From Parachlamydiales bacterium (GTDB lineage Bacteria; Chlamydiota; Chlamydiia; Chlamydiales; Rhabdochlamydiaceae): a DNA stretch of 64,000 bases. The notes under the pieces are model-generated. The model did not search any database, was not told the DNA's origin, and saw only the letters and a program-made list of their open reading frames with translations. A program made the translations under genes and the position numbers. Of the stretch, positions 45,137-55,297 are shown piece by piece (positions within the stretch are counted from its first letter, which is position 1; each line of letters opens with the position of its first letter). Location of the stretch: contig OY970065.1 in assembly GCA_963705295.1 (NCBI GenBank), positions 1,760,001 to 1,824,000 on the forward strand. Direction: 5' to 3'.

Positions 45137-45676
45137 ATAGAGATGGGTATTTTCAAGTTGAAGAAGGGCCGACACAATACTTTGCTTTGAATACTCTTTT
45201 CGATCGATTCTACCTTTCGTAAGAATGCCAATGATACCTTCTGTAGATCCGAGCATCGTATTGGAGGTGATCCCCTGGTGGAGGCAGGCCTGAGAGAGAT
45301 CCATTTTTTTCTCCAAAATCAGGTCGATAAGGCGCCTGGGTATTTCAAAACCCATGGAGAGGCCTGTATAGTAATGAACTCCATCGTAAATGCAGCAAAC
45401 TGTCGTGATTAAAAAGCCTGTTTTGGTGCCGTCGGCTTCCATGATCCCTCCTTCGATCCCAAAGCTATAATGGCACCCTTGACACTCTTGGAAGGCATTT
45501 TTGGCTCGATTTTTTGCTCCTTGGATGGTCGTCTGAAGGGAGAGTGGTTGGTCCGGAACATCGGAAGGTGAGGCATAAGAAAAAATCTTCGCCTCAGCAA
45601 ATATCGAGAAATCTCTGATAACTTCTGTGACAGCAAGAACTTTCACACGATTTGTTGAACCAATGGCGATGATCAT
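45131..45676 (-). CDS. yjjX: Inosine/xanthosine triphosphatase (YjjX-like)
   Basis: GSTN.VK, S.VPDQP...T..GA.NRA, GIEGG, G.IG.LT.G. Confidence 0.85.
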   Translation of the reverse strand: MIIAIGSTNRVKVLAVTEVIRDFSIFAEAKIFSYASPSDVPDQPLSLQTTIQGAKNRAKNAFQECQGCHYSFGIEGGIMEADGTKTGFLITTVCCIYDGVHYYTGLSMGFEIPRRLIDLILEKKMDLSQACLHQGITSNTMLGSTEGIIGILTKGRIDRKEYSKQSIVSALLQLENTHLYS

Positions 45677-45693
45677 GATCGTAAAATATTACA

Positions 45694-46368
45694 TTAACAG
45701 ATCTTAATTTCAAGAGTCTGGGGGTTGACTTGGATGTAAAGCATTTCACCTTTGTCAAAATGTTTCGCGTCTTTCATTTCAACGCCTTTGATCCGAGATA
45801 CAACTTGTGCAGAGGATTGATCTTTGAGGGGACCGAAAAGGGTTTCAATTTGTTGAAGATTCAATACCGATCTCATCGCCCCATCATGGGAGGCACAAAC
45901 GACCGTTTTCCCGACATACTCTGAAGAAATGCTAAGAATAAATCGTCTCATCCGATCGATCACTTCACAATCGGTTTCTGCGCCATCTGCTTGCTGGGAG
46001 ATGATTTTTTCTAATCGACTTAATTTCGAATACCCTTTCCATGAAGGATGGACTTTCCAGTCTTCACTTAGAAAACCTGTCAAAGAGCCGTGATCGAGTT
46101 CATTCAAAGCATTTTGTACAACAATAGGAAGATTTAATTTTTGTGCTAGGGGACGGACCGTCTCGAGTGTTCGAAGATACGGAGAAGAAAAAATCGCGGC
46201 TACATGCTGATCGGAAAATTTCTCATATAACGTTTGAGCTTTATCTCGACTCTCTTCCGTGAGCCCTGTGTCGAGTTCAGATCCTGGAACGGATCCGCCG
46301 CATAAAACTTTCCCTTTTGCTGGAAGCTTGGGTTCAAAATGCCGTATAAAATAGATATTACAAACCAT
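45694..46368 (-). CDS. Histidine phosphatase family protein
   Basis: FIRH, SSPYLRTLET, LNELDHG, SHDG. Confidence 0.8.
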   Translation of the reverse strand: MVCNIYFIRHFEPKLPAKGKVLCGGSVPGSELDTGLTEESRDKAQTLYEKFSDQHVAAIFSSPYLRTLETVRPLAQKLNLPIVVQNALNELDHGSLTGFLSEDWKVHPSWKGYSKLSRLEKIISQQADGAETDCEVIDRMRRFILSISSEYVGKTVVCASHDGAMRSVLNLQQIETLFGPLKDQSSAQVVSRIKGVEMKDAKHFDKGEMLYIQVNPQTLEIKIC

Positions 46369-46434
46369 AGGTTGATTATTATACCATAATTGATCATTTA
46401 TATAAATTTTTGCAAATCTCTTATTGTTAATAAT

Positions 46435-46986
46435 TTAAGACGGATTAAAAGAGCAGTTGATGAGATGATCATTGACGAGGCCGACGGCTTGCATGAAGGC
46501 ATAGATGATCGTGGGGCCGACAAAGGTCATCCCCCGTTTTTTGAGATCTTTTGATAGGGCGATACTCTCGGGAGAGGTTGCAGGGATTTCTTTTAGATTT
46601 CTCCATTTATTTCGGATCGGTTTTCCCCCGACAAAATTCCAAAGATAGGTGTCAAAAGAACCAAATTCTTTCTGGATCTGTAGAAAAACTTGGGCATTTT
46701 GCCGGGCTGCAAAGATCTTCAATCGATTTCGGATGATCCTTTCGTCCTTGCATAACGATTCCAGTTCACCATCGGTCATCGAGGCAACTTTTTTGGGATC
46801 AAAATGATGGAAGAGTTTTCTGTAAGAAGGCCGTCTTCGGAGGATGGTTTCCCAGCTAAGACCGGCCTGAGCACCTTCCAAGATCAACATTTCGAACAGA
46901 TGCCGGTCATCATGGACAGGAATCCCCCATTCGTTGTCATGATACTCGGCATAAATCTCTTTTCCTTCACCAAAACATCGATTCAT
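46435..46986 (-). CDS. tag: DNA-3-methyladenine glycosylase I
   Basis: YHDNEWG, LEGAQAGLSW, IIRNRLKI, FVGPT..YAFMQAVG.VNDH. Confidence 0.95.
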   Translation of the reverse strand: MNRCFGEGKEIYAEYHDNEWGIPVHDDRHLFEMLILEGAQAGLSWETILRRRPSYRKLFHHFDPKKVASMTDGELESLCKDERIIRNRLKIFAARQNAQVFLQIQKEFGSFDTYLWNFVGGKPIRNKWRNLKEIPATSPESIALSKDLKKRGMTFVGPTIIYAFMQAVGLVNDHLINCSFNPS

Positions 46987-47831
46987 AGATCGGGATACCG
47001 TTTTACAAGGGTTTCTTTCATTTCACACACCACCCGCTTTATCTCTTTTTCGGGAGAGAGCTGAATGATCTCATCTTTTACGATTCTGCCGAGGTCGATT
47101 TGGATGGCTTGGCCGTCGACAAAACCGTAGTTGTTATGAAGCGTTTGAATCCGGTCGGTGTATCCTTTTTTTGCACGGGATACGAAGAGGTTCCGTAGTT
47201 GAAGAACGGCCTCTTTGGCTTTTAACACTTCTCCTTGTTGGAGTAACTTGTCTAAATATGCGAAAACGAGAATGGCTTTCTTTTGTAAAACAAAAGGGGT
47301 TTGCTTGAGATCGATCGTATAAGATTTTCCTTTTTGGTCGATCAGCTGCAACGGTTGATTAAGCTCCGTTGATGCGCTCAGATGGACATAAACCAACCCT
47401 GACTCTTCTCGAAGGTGATCGAACCCTATTTCATACCGTTTAAAAAGTTTCTCGAGTCTTTCTCTTTTTTTAAAATAAGCATGGGAAATCCACTTGAGTG
47501 ATATGAGCCGTTTTAGCCGTTTATAATCACGGAATTTACTTTTCTTGAGAACGGGGCGCGGATTGAAAAGTTTGAGGATGTACCGACCGTCTTCGCTTTC
47601 AAAGGCCGTCATTTGTTTCCCATGGCCGCAATAAACAAACGTTTGTTTTAGGATATGGGAGACTTCTGCTTGGGATGTCGCCGGCCCTTCTCTAGTGAGG
47701 ATAAACGGATGAGAAAATTGATCGGGTTTAAATTCTCGGTGGGTGTAGAGATACAAAAGATGGCCAATTCCAACCACCGCCACACAGAGAAGACTATAGA
47801 GAAAACCTTTTTTTAAAGAAGAGCCATTCAT
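46983..47831 (-). CDS. Membrane-anchored hypothetical protein with kinase-like motifs
   Basis: N-terminal TM; G.GKQ..AF.SED..YILKLF ... NYGF...IDLG. Confidence 0.65.
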   Translation of the reverse strand: MNGSSLKKGFLYSLLCVAVVGIGHLLYLYTHREFKPDQFSHPFILTREGPATSQAEVSHILKQTFVYCGHGKQMTAFESEDGRYILKLFNPRPVLKKSKFRDYKRLKRLISLKWISHAYFKKRERLEKLFKRYEIGFDHLREESGLVYVHLSASTELNQPLQLIDQKGKSYTIDLKQTPFVLQKKAILVFAYLDKLLQQGEVLKAKEAVLQLRNLFVSRAKKGYTDRIQTLHNNYGFVDGQAIQIDLGRIVKDEIIQLSPEKEIKRVVCEMKETLVKRYPDL

Positions 47832-48267
47832 TTTTTTCTCTCTTTTTCAAACGGACAAGATTAAAGATGCCCTTCAATTTTCTCCCTTTTAAAGTAAAAT
47901 GAAAAGCCCCTTTTTCGATCCCTTCTTTCACGCTCGTTTCAACCGAATAGGTTCCTTTATCCCAGATCGACACTGTCCCAGCTCCATAACCGGATGGAAT
48001 CGTTCCTTCAAAATCTTTATAATCATACGGATGGTCTTCCACCATGATTGCGAGTCTTTTGACCTCAGGGTCATTCGATGGTTTCTTAGGAATCGCCCAG
48101 CTCTTCAAAACCCCTTCCACTTCGAGTCTCAAATCGTAATGCAAATGCGATGCATGGTGCTCCTGAATGACAAAGATGAGGCTTTTTCCTTTTGCTTTCC
48201 TTACCTTTGCTGCAGGCTCTCTCGAAACTTTTAAGTTTCTTTTTCTTTTGTACTTCGTTAGCTTCAT
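47794..48267 (-). CDS. Stand-alone LigD 3'-phosphoesterase (PE) domain
   Basis: Y..KR......EP, FVIQEHHASHLHYDLRLE, LKSWAIPK, EDHP.DY..FEG.IP..YGAG.V.IWD.G. Confidence 0.9.
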   Translation of the reverse strand: MKLTKYKRKRNLKVSREPAAKVRKAKGKSLIFVIQEHHASHLHYDLRLEVEGVLKSWAIPKKPSNDPEVKRLAIMVEDHPYDYKDFEGTIPSGYGAGTVSIWDKGTYSVETSVKEGIEKGAFHFTLKGRKLKGIFNLVRLKKREKNEWLFFKKRFSL

Positions 48268-48295
48268 GGTATCCTCTGTGGTAAAAAAAATCTTA

Positions 48296-50350
48296 TCAGT
48301 TACGGTAAAAGAGTCTTAAAATTTTGGAGATGAACGAAAGAAAAGGATGAAGGGTGTCTATGAAACGGGAAACTTCACGGTTTTGGGACCGATGGGCTGC
48401 TTCTTTGAAAGAGTTCATGTTTTTAAGAATGTAAATGTAATAAAATAGGCCTAAGAGATTCTGGGTTGTTTGCAAAAAGAGATGAGCTGCTGAAAGATGG
48501 CCCCTCAAAAGCGCATCGATTGTGTAGCTCTTCAGGGTTTTCACAGACTTGATGTTGCATCCCCGTCTCAGCAAGTGAGCGACAATTTTATCTAACGGAT
48601 CTGCATTTATGCAATGGTCTTCGAAATATTTTTCCAGCTCAGCTTGAAGCGGCGCATCTCTTTCAAAATCTTTTCCTATTTCTCTGACGATTGTAGCAAC
48701 AACGACCTGTTTTTTGGCTTTAATATAGGAAGAGCTCCCAATGATATGCAAAGGTTGTTTTAAATCAATACTAGCGATGAAACGTTCTAAGTCAGAGGGT
48801 GGTACGCGTTGGAAAAGCCTTTCTATTTCAGCGGCTTTAGAGACATTAAAGATCTTTTGTGTGATCAGAAGTTCAGCAATGGCAGGAAATTCACATGCAG
48901 CTTCAGAAGCCGAGCGCAAATCGGATTCGGGACTGATGTTTTTCAACGCATATTCAACAATAGATGTCTCTCCCGTTTCGCAGGCGTATTTGAGCTCATG
49001 GGGGTCAGGCGGTGCCGATTTTACTCGATCTTCATTACGAGCTCGCTCGATTAATTTGAGGTTTTTAGTTTTATAAGCAGCTCTCAACAAATCAGAGGGT
49101 GTGAGGGCATTTTCTAAGAATAAATGTGGAGTGAGATTATCTAAGATTAATTCTACCAATTGTTCGAAATGGTTTTGTTTTTCTGCCTCCAGCAACACGG
49201 TGCGTAAAAGGGTCGGATCATCCAATTGAAAAAGGCGTATTTGCAAAAGCGTCCTAAACACATTGAAATTATAGGTCTTACATGCAGCTCGAGTTGCTGC
49301 GAGGATATTACAACACCCTCGATCAATGATTCTGAATGCAAAGTCGACAACGGTATGGTTTCCTGTCTCCCCTGTTTCAAGGGCAAAAGCGAGTTCACCA
49401 CTGATCGGGTTGTTTTTTACATCCAGTCTATCTCTCCAAATTGTTATGTAAGCAACATCTTGCGTCGAATAGGCTTCTTTTAGGATTTCTGCGGAATCAC
49501 AGGGTAACGTGAGCGCAAAGTTTAAAATCTTGGTCCTCAGCTCCGAGGGCTCCATGCGATGAATACCCCTCACTAACCTATAATCGAGTCTTAAACCCTG
49601 AATTTCACGCAAACTAGAAATCACATGTTGTAAAATAATTTCGGTATTCGATGCATGGACTGCAATAAAGATATAGAGTTGATTTTCTGCATAATATTTT
49701 TGACGCGACTCTAAATCACAATATCCTTCGATTTTCTTGACAAAGTCTAAATTCCCCTGGCGCAAAGTGGGACATAAAAAGGAAAGTAAGATGTCGCCAT
49801 CGAGTTTTGATCTGTATTCTTTTTCAACTTGAAGGTTGTCGCGTAGTGCGGCTTCAATGACACAACTCACCATGCGGAGTTGTTTTCTCTGACTCGCTGC
49901 TTTGCCCCAGTTAATCAGAGTCGATAAGGGCCACCAAGGCGGAGGATTCGATGTTGTCGCGCGTTGCAGACGGTATTGTAAAAGTTCCAAACTTCTCAAA
50001 CCCACAATGATGTTCACGGGATATTCACGGAAATCAGGTATAAATCCCACCAACATTCTTAAACCAGGGAGTTCTGCTTTAAAGGGTATAAAAAAATATC
50101 CTTGATCTTCCTTCTTCCAAATACGAAAAGTTTCGCGCAAATTTTCCACAGTGGCTTTCAGTTCAGCTCCTAGTCTCTCATTGGGAATATCGGCAGGCAG
50201 GTCGAGCTTCAGCCTTCTCTCAAATTCTCTTAAAACAACGATATTTGTCAGCCTATCCGCTCGAGAGAGTGCAATCAAACTTCGGTTATCTAAAAATCTG
50301 AAAAAATAAGCCCGTATCTCCGCAGGCATCGTCGAAAAACTCAGCGCCAT
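48296..50350 (-). CDS. F-box-like protein with degenerate ankyrin-like helical repeats
   Basis: FSTMPAEIRAYFFRFLD..SL..LSR; LKYACETGETSIVEY-type units. Confidence 0.6.
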   Translation of the reverse strand: MALSFSTMPAEIRAYFFRFLDNRSLIALSRADRLTNIVVLREFERRLKLDLPADIPNERLGAELKATVENLRETFRIWKKEDQGYFFIPFKAELPGLRMLVGFIPDFREYPVNIIVGLRSLELLQYRLQRATTSNPPPWWPLSTLINWGKAASQRKQLRMVSCVIEAALRDNLQVEKEYRSKLDGDILLSFLCPTLRQGNLDFVKKIEGYCDLESRQKYYAENQLYIFIAVHASNTEIILQHVISSLREIQGLRLDYRLVRGIHRMEPSELRTKILNFALTLPCDSAEILKEAYSTQDVAYITIWRDRLDVKNNPISGELAFALETGETGNHTVVDFAFRIIDRGCCNILAATRAACKTYNFNVFRTLLQIRLFQLDDPTLLRTVLLEAEKQNHFEQLVELILDNLTPHLFLENALTPSDLLRAAYKTKNLKLIERARNEDRVKSAPPDPHELKYACETGETSIVEYALKNISPESDLRSASEAACEFPAIAELLITQKIFNVSKAAEIERLFQRVPPSDLERFIASIDLKQPLHIIGSSSYIKAKKQVVVATIVREIGKDFERDAPLQAELEKYFEDHCINADPLDKIVAHLLRRGCNIKSVKTLKSYTIDALLRGHLSAAHLFLQTTQNLLGLFYYIYILKNMNSFKEAAHRSQNREVSRFIDTLHPFLSFISKILRLFYRN

Positions 50351-50437
50351 GGAACTAGTATATCACATCGAAAACTAAACAGACTGACAAGAGGTTTTTT
50401 TAGCGAGTAAAAATTATCCTATTCACTTTCAGGGGAT

Positions 50438-50592
50438 AACAGGATATGCAGGATCGCCCCGAAGAAAAGACCCGAAGAAAAGATAGGGGCGGCAAGATAT
50501 GCAGGATGGTAAATTCTTTCTTATCATGCCTATCCTGCCGCCCCTATCTTTTCTTCGGGGCTTTTCTTCGGGGCGATCCTGCATATCCTGTT
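50438..50592. repeat. 155-bp near-perfect hairpin (REP-like, possible terminator)
   Basis: AACAGGATATGCAGGATCGCCCCGAAGAAAAG... / ...CTTTTCTTCGGGGCGATCCTGCATATCCTGTT. Confidence 0.85.
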
Positions 50593-50601
50593 CTCTTTAT
50601 C

Positions 50602-53600
50602 CTACCATTTCCAAGAAAGACCGCCTGTGAAGGTATATGCATAGAAGTGTTTCCAGAAATCACCGGCGACTTCGGCGAAGAGGTCTATGTTCTTCGGCAA
50701 TGCTGCGGTGAAGTTCAAAGATCCTTGGAACGCATCGTGGTGGAGTTCGACACCTTCGATGGTGAACTGTTTACCAAAGTGCTTGAATTTGGCCCTAATT
50801 TCGTCTTGATGGAAATAAAACCGGTGGAGCCAGGCTGCATCAATACCGAAGGTGAGGGATGACCATGCTTTGGTTGCAAAGTGGAGTCCTAGGCGGCTGT
50901 TGACAGGGTTGACATTTCTTTCTTCGACGTGGAGATCCCATCTTTTTGCTCCGTGCTCTTTAAAAGAGTTACGGTGGAAGTGCTGGTATTCGAGTCCTGC
51001 AAAGGGTTGGAGTGTGGTGCATCCGAGAAAGATATTTCCACCCAGTTCATTGTAGAAAGTGACCTCGGTGATTTTGGGATAGCCGGTGGCTTTTCTGTCA
51101 TGGATCGAACGTCTGACTTTATCATGGCTGTAGCCGGCGAGAAGATTAGAGATGAAGTAGACCGGATCGGGATTGTAGGCACCGTAGATGGCTCCCATGA
51201 TGTTATGGGCATGACCGAAATCAATATGATCTTGTTCATAAGAGCCGGCAACTCCAATCGTCCCATGAGTGCCGATATACCGATGGGCTCCGAGGGTGAA
51301 ATTCCAGTTGTGGAGTTTATATCCTTTTCGAAGATGGCTTTTGCCCCACTCACCATCGGCCCAGATCTTCGTCGTATCGGGACAGACATATTCGCAGCCA
51401 TCTCCGATGCGGCGAGCTAAAGGATAGTAGATTCTTTGGATGAAACGTTGGCTGGAGTGCTGGGCGATATAGAAGAGGTTGGTGTATTGTTTTCCTGTTA
51501 ACTCGGAGAGTTTTCCGTGGAACTCATGATGGCCATGGTCAAGTTGTCCTCCGACATGCGCTTCATTCGAGTCTTTAGCACCCTCTTTGTAATGGCTTTG
51601 TAGTGTTAAATGAACATGATTTTTTCCATAGCTGAGGACAGGTGTGAGGTGCGGATGGTTGAATTCGGCTTTTTCAAATTTTCCAGTGATGCCTTTCTTT
51701 GATTTGAGAATGGTGTAAGGTTTGTTGATCGAATATTCTTCGAGAGGAAGAACTTCGACAACACCTCCTTTGAGGTGGGATTTGCCTCGGACATCGATCT
51801 GGTCACTTTTGCGTCCGATTTCCAGTTCATACCGACTACCTTTTTCTTGGGTGTAGTTCTTGATAACTCTTAGAGTGCCGATGCTATTTCCTGGAGCAAT
51901 AGCGCCCCCTTTTTTGATGGTGAGAAAGTTCGTCGTTCCACTTCCGCCGAGTTTTCCCGTAACGATGACTTCTCCTAAGATTTTTCCATTATTGAGGATG
52001 GAGCCGCCAGGGATATTTCCTTTGAGCACCCCTTGCCGAACGATCGTTCCACCCGTATAGGTATTGTGGCCCGTCAAAGTGAGTGTGGCTTTCCCTGTTT
52101 TGATGAGTCTCCCGGAACCTTTGATGTTGCCAGGGAACTTAGCATTGAAAGTCTGATCGAAGATGAGGGTGGCATTGTCGGTGATGTTCCCTGTGATGCT
52201 ATTGGTATTTCCAAGCAAAGATCCTTTCTTAATGAGGGTTCCGCCGGTATACGAGTTGTTTCCGGTGAGTTTTAGAGTTCCTCCGCCTGCTTTTGTGACT
52301 TTTCCGGTTCCACTGATATCACCGGCATACGTCTTAGATTTAGCATTGAAAAAAATGAGTTTTGCATTATCGATGATATTGCCGAGCGGGGTTTTGCCTC
52401 TATTCTTCAAAATTCCTTCTTGGATGATCGTATCACCCGTGTAGGCTGCCGCTCCATTTCGAAAAACAAGTGTTCCAGGCCCTTCTTTTATCACTTCTCC
52501 TGTTCCTGTGATCGATCCTTCAAAGATGCCCTTCGTTTGTTGGTCGAAGATCAGAATACTGTCATCCACAATACTACCTCGGAGAGATGCCGTCGTCCCT
52601 GCAAGGGCTCCTTCTTCTATCAATGTTCCCCCTGTGTAGGTATTCGTTCCGGTGAGGGTTACAGTTCCAGTCCCTGTTTTAATCAACTCGCCTGGCCCAC
52701 TGATATTTCCACTGAAGGTTCCATTAAAATTTTGGTTAAAGATCAGCGTTGTATCATCGACGATATTGCCCGGTAAGCTGCTCGTGGTCACCTGAAGAGT
52801 TCCAACCTCGAGAAATGTACCTCCCGTGTACGTATTAGTCCCCGTAAGAGTGAGTGTTCCACTTCCTATTTTGACAAGCTCCCCCGTTCCGCTGATATTT
52901 CCACCAAAGGTTCCATCAAAGGTTTGGTTAAAGGTCAAAATGGCATTGTCAACGACATTTCCAGGAAGTGTGGTCGTATTAACTTGGAGATTCCCTCCAT
53001 TAATAATCGTTCCGCCCGAATACGTATTCGCTCCACCCAGTGTTAGTGTCCCAGACCCAATTTTGACGAGCTCGCCCGTTCCACTGATATTTCCAGGAAA
53101 TGTTCCATCAAAAGTCTGATTAAAAGTCAGGGTTGCATTATCGACGACATTTCCAGGAAGTGTGCTTGTGTTGACTTGTAAATTTCCTGCATTAATCACC
53201 GTTCCGCCCGCGTATGTATTGGCTGCACCCAGAGTCAGTGTCCCACTTCCGATTTTAACAAGTTGTCCTGTTCCACTGATAAGCCCATTGAAAGTCCCGT
53301 CAAAATTCTGATCAAAAGTCAGGGTTGCATTATCAACGACATTACCAGGAAGTGTGTTTGTGTTGACTTGTAGATTTCCAGCATTAATCACCGTTCCGCC
53401 CGCGTATGTATTGCCACCGGTAAGAGAGAGCGTCCCACTTCCTATTTTAATAACCTGGCCTGGCCCACTGATAATTCCACCAAATGTCCCATCAAAGGTT
53501 TGGTTGAAGATAAGCGTGGTGTTATCGACGATATTGCCTGGCAAACTATTGGTGTTGACCTGAAGGGTTCCTGCATCGAGAAAGGTCCCTCCCGAATATG

Positions 53601-54969
53601 AATTACTCCCCGTAAGAGTGAGTGTTCCACTGCCTATTTTGACGAGCTCGCCCGTACCACTGATATTGCCAGGAAAGGTTCCATCAAAAGTCTGGTTGAA
53701 GGTCAAAATGGCATTGTCGACGACATTTCCAGGAAGTGTGGTCGTGTTGACTTGAAGATTTCCAGCATTAATAATCGTTCCGCCCATGTACGTATTCGCT
53801 CCACCCAGAGTCAATGTCCCACTTCCTATTTTAACAAGCTGCCCTGTCCCACTGATGAGTCCATTGAAAGTCCCGTCAAAGGTTTGGTTGAATTGCAACG
53901 TGGCGTTGTCGACGACATTTCCTGGTAAACTCATCGTATTGACTTGAAGGGTTCCTCCATTTATCGTTGTCCCCCCTGCATAAGTATTAGCCCCTGTTAA
54001 TGTCAGAGTTCCCGTTCCAACCTTGATCAAACTTCCCGATCCCGTGTCACTGATCACACCTGCAACGGTTGTGCTCAGGTTAAGACTGCCGATCTGAAGC
54101 TCAAAGTTATTCAGCTCAACCGTGCTGGAGCTATCGGTCGTGAGCGCCCCCACTGTATTATTTTGATTAATCGTGAGTGATGAGCTATTCGTCAAAGAGA
54201 CATTTGCACTCCCTCCCGAAGCGGAATTATTAAACGTCAAACTAGATTTATTTAAGGCAAGAGTCGAAGACCCAGCTGAAGAATTATTATTAAATACGAT
54301 CTCGGATATAGGACCACTAGGTGCTCCGGGGCTAGATGAATTTATTTGGGCTGAACCTGCTTGAGAAGTACTAGAAAATTGAAGGAGTGAATCCTGTACG
54401 TCAATAGTCGATTGTGCAGCGGTCGAAGAGTTATTGAACAAAATGCTCCCATTAGGAAAAGCGGTACCAAGGTTTTGCATATTGATTTGAGAGTTGCCCG
54501 CTGTCGAAGAATTATTGAAATTTAATGTTTGTGTAGTCGCATTCGTTGCACTAAAATTGAATTGAGAATTACTTGCTGTCGAAGAATTATTGAAATTCAA
54601 TTGATTCGCAACTGCACCCATGACAGGAAAATTGAATATCTGTACCGATCCCCCCAGATTTGTAATACCCCCATTCTGAAAGTCTAAAACAGCACCCTCG
54701 TTAATGGTAAAAGTAAAGACAGTTGTATCATTAAATTGAAACGTCCCTGGAGTGAATGGATTCACCGAAGCTGAAATCCCATTAAAGGCAGGCGTTGTTG
54801 AAAATCCCGTCATGAACATCCCTGTATCTGCAGCGCCGGGTGGACCTCCTGCGGGAGTCCAACTGGAAGATGACGTGAGATCAGGTGTGGGCCCCGTTCC
54901 AACCCAGCTGTAATTGGTTGCACCTAAATAACCCCCTGTCAAAAGGGCAATTCCTAAGTAGACTTTCAT
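50602..54969 (-). CDS. Autotransporter with passenger-associated (PATR) beta-strand repeats
   Basis: Signal peptide; about 11 repeats L.K.G.GTLTL.G.NTY.GGT.I..G.L of ~64 aa; PGNSIGTL; C-terminal beta-barrel ending in W. Confidence 0.9.
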   Translation of the reverse strand: MKVYLGIALLTGGYLGATNYSWVGTGPTPDLTSSSSWTPAGGPPGAADTGMFMTGFSTTPAFNGISASVNPFTPGTFQFNDTTVFTFTINEGAVLDFQNGGITNLGGSVQIFNFPVMGAVANQLNFNNSSTASNSQFNFSATNATTQTLNFNNSSTAGNSQINMQNLGTAFPNGSILFNNSSTAAQSTIDVQDSLLQFSSTSQAGSAQINSSSPGAPSGPISEIVFNNNSSAGSSTLALNKSSLTFNNSASGGSANVSLTNSSSLTINQNNTVGALTTDSSSTVELNNFELQIGSLNLSTTVAGVISDTGSGSLIKVGTGTLTLTGANTYAGGTTINGGTLQVNTMSLPGNVVDNATLQFNQTFDGTFNGLISGTGQLVKIGSGTLTLGGANTYMGGTIINAGNLQVNTTTLPGNVVDNAILTFNQTFDGTFPGNISGTGELVKIGSGTLTLTGSNSYSGGTFLDAGTLQVNTNSLPGNIVDNTTLIFNQTFDGTFGGIISGPGQVIKIGSGTLSLTGGNTYAGGTVINAGNLQVNTNTLPGNVVDNATLTFDQNFDGTFNGLISGTGQLVKIGSGTLTLGAANTYAGGTVINAGNLQVNTSTLPGNVVDNATLTFNQTFDGTFPGNISGTGELVKIGSGTLTLGGANTYSGGTIINGGNLQVNTTTLPGNVVDNAILTFNQTFDGTFGGNISGTGELVKIGSGTLTLTGTNTYTGGTFLEVGTLQVTTSSLPGNIVDDTTLIFNQNFNGTFSGNISGPGELIKTGTGTVTLTGTNTYTGGTLIEEGALAGTTASLRGSIVDDSILIFDQQTKGIFEGSITGTGEVIKEGPGTLVFRNGAAAYTGDTIIQEGILKNRGKTPLGNIIDNAKLIFFNAKSKTYAGDISGTGKVTKAGGGTLKLTGNNSYTGGTLIKKGSLLGNTNSITGNITDNATLIFDQTFNAKFPGNIKGSGRLIKTGKATLTLTGHNTYTGGTIVRQGVLKGNIPGGSILNNGKILGEVIVTGKLGGSGTTNFLTIKKGGAIAPGNSIGTLRVIKNYTQEKGSRYELEIGRKSDQIDVRGKSHLKGGVVEVLPLEEYSINKPYTILKSKKGITGKFEKAEFNHPHLTPVLSYGKNHVHLTLQSHYKEGAKDSNEAHVGGQLDHGHHEFHGKLSELTGKQYTNLFYIAQHSSQRFIQRIYYPLARRIGDGCEYVCPDTTKIWADGEWGKSHLRKGYKLHNWNFTLGAHRYIGTHGTIGVAGSYEQDHIDFGHAHNIMGAIYGAYNPDPVYFISNLLAGYSHDKVRRSIHDRKATGYPKITEVTFYNELGGNIFLGCTTLQPFAGLEYQHFHRNSFKEHGAKRWDLHVEERNVNPVNSRLGLHFATKAWSSLTFGIDAAWLHRFYFHQDEIRAKFKHFGKQFTIEGVELHHDAFQGSLNFTAALPKNIDLFAEVAGDFWKHFYAYTFTGGLSWKW

Positions 54970-55247
54970 GATGTTCTCCCAAATAGACGGCGTAATTCTT
55001 CTTTCGCCTTCTGGAGTTTTTCTTTGGTTTCTGGACTCAATTTACTCCCTGCACGATTTTGATAAAAGGTGAGCATCGACATCGCCGACCTAAAAGGAGA
55101 GCTTTTGCGGCGGGTGCTTTGCTCGGCCGATCTTTTCAGAGATTGTGCCATTTTACGGGGGCTCATCATGAAAACCCCTTTTTCTAAGTCGAGAGCATTG
55201 CTCCGCATCGTCACTTTTTTTGACCAATATTTTTTAGATTTAGACAT
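54966..55247 (-). CDS. DUF3175-type small basic protein
   Basis: WS..VT..SNALDLE.GVF, SLKRSAE.S.RRK..PFRSAMSML.FY.NRAG. Confidence 0.8.
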   Translation of the reverse strand: MSKSKKYWSKKVTMRSNALDLEKGVFMMSPRKMAQSLKRSAEQSTRRKSSPFRSAMSMLTFYQNRAGSKLSPETKEKLQKAKEELRRLFGRTS

Positions 55248-55297
55248 ATGTTTCTAAATTTAATCTTTAGCATGAAAGGATATTTTTTGTAGTATAG

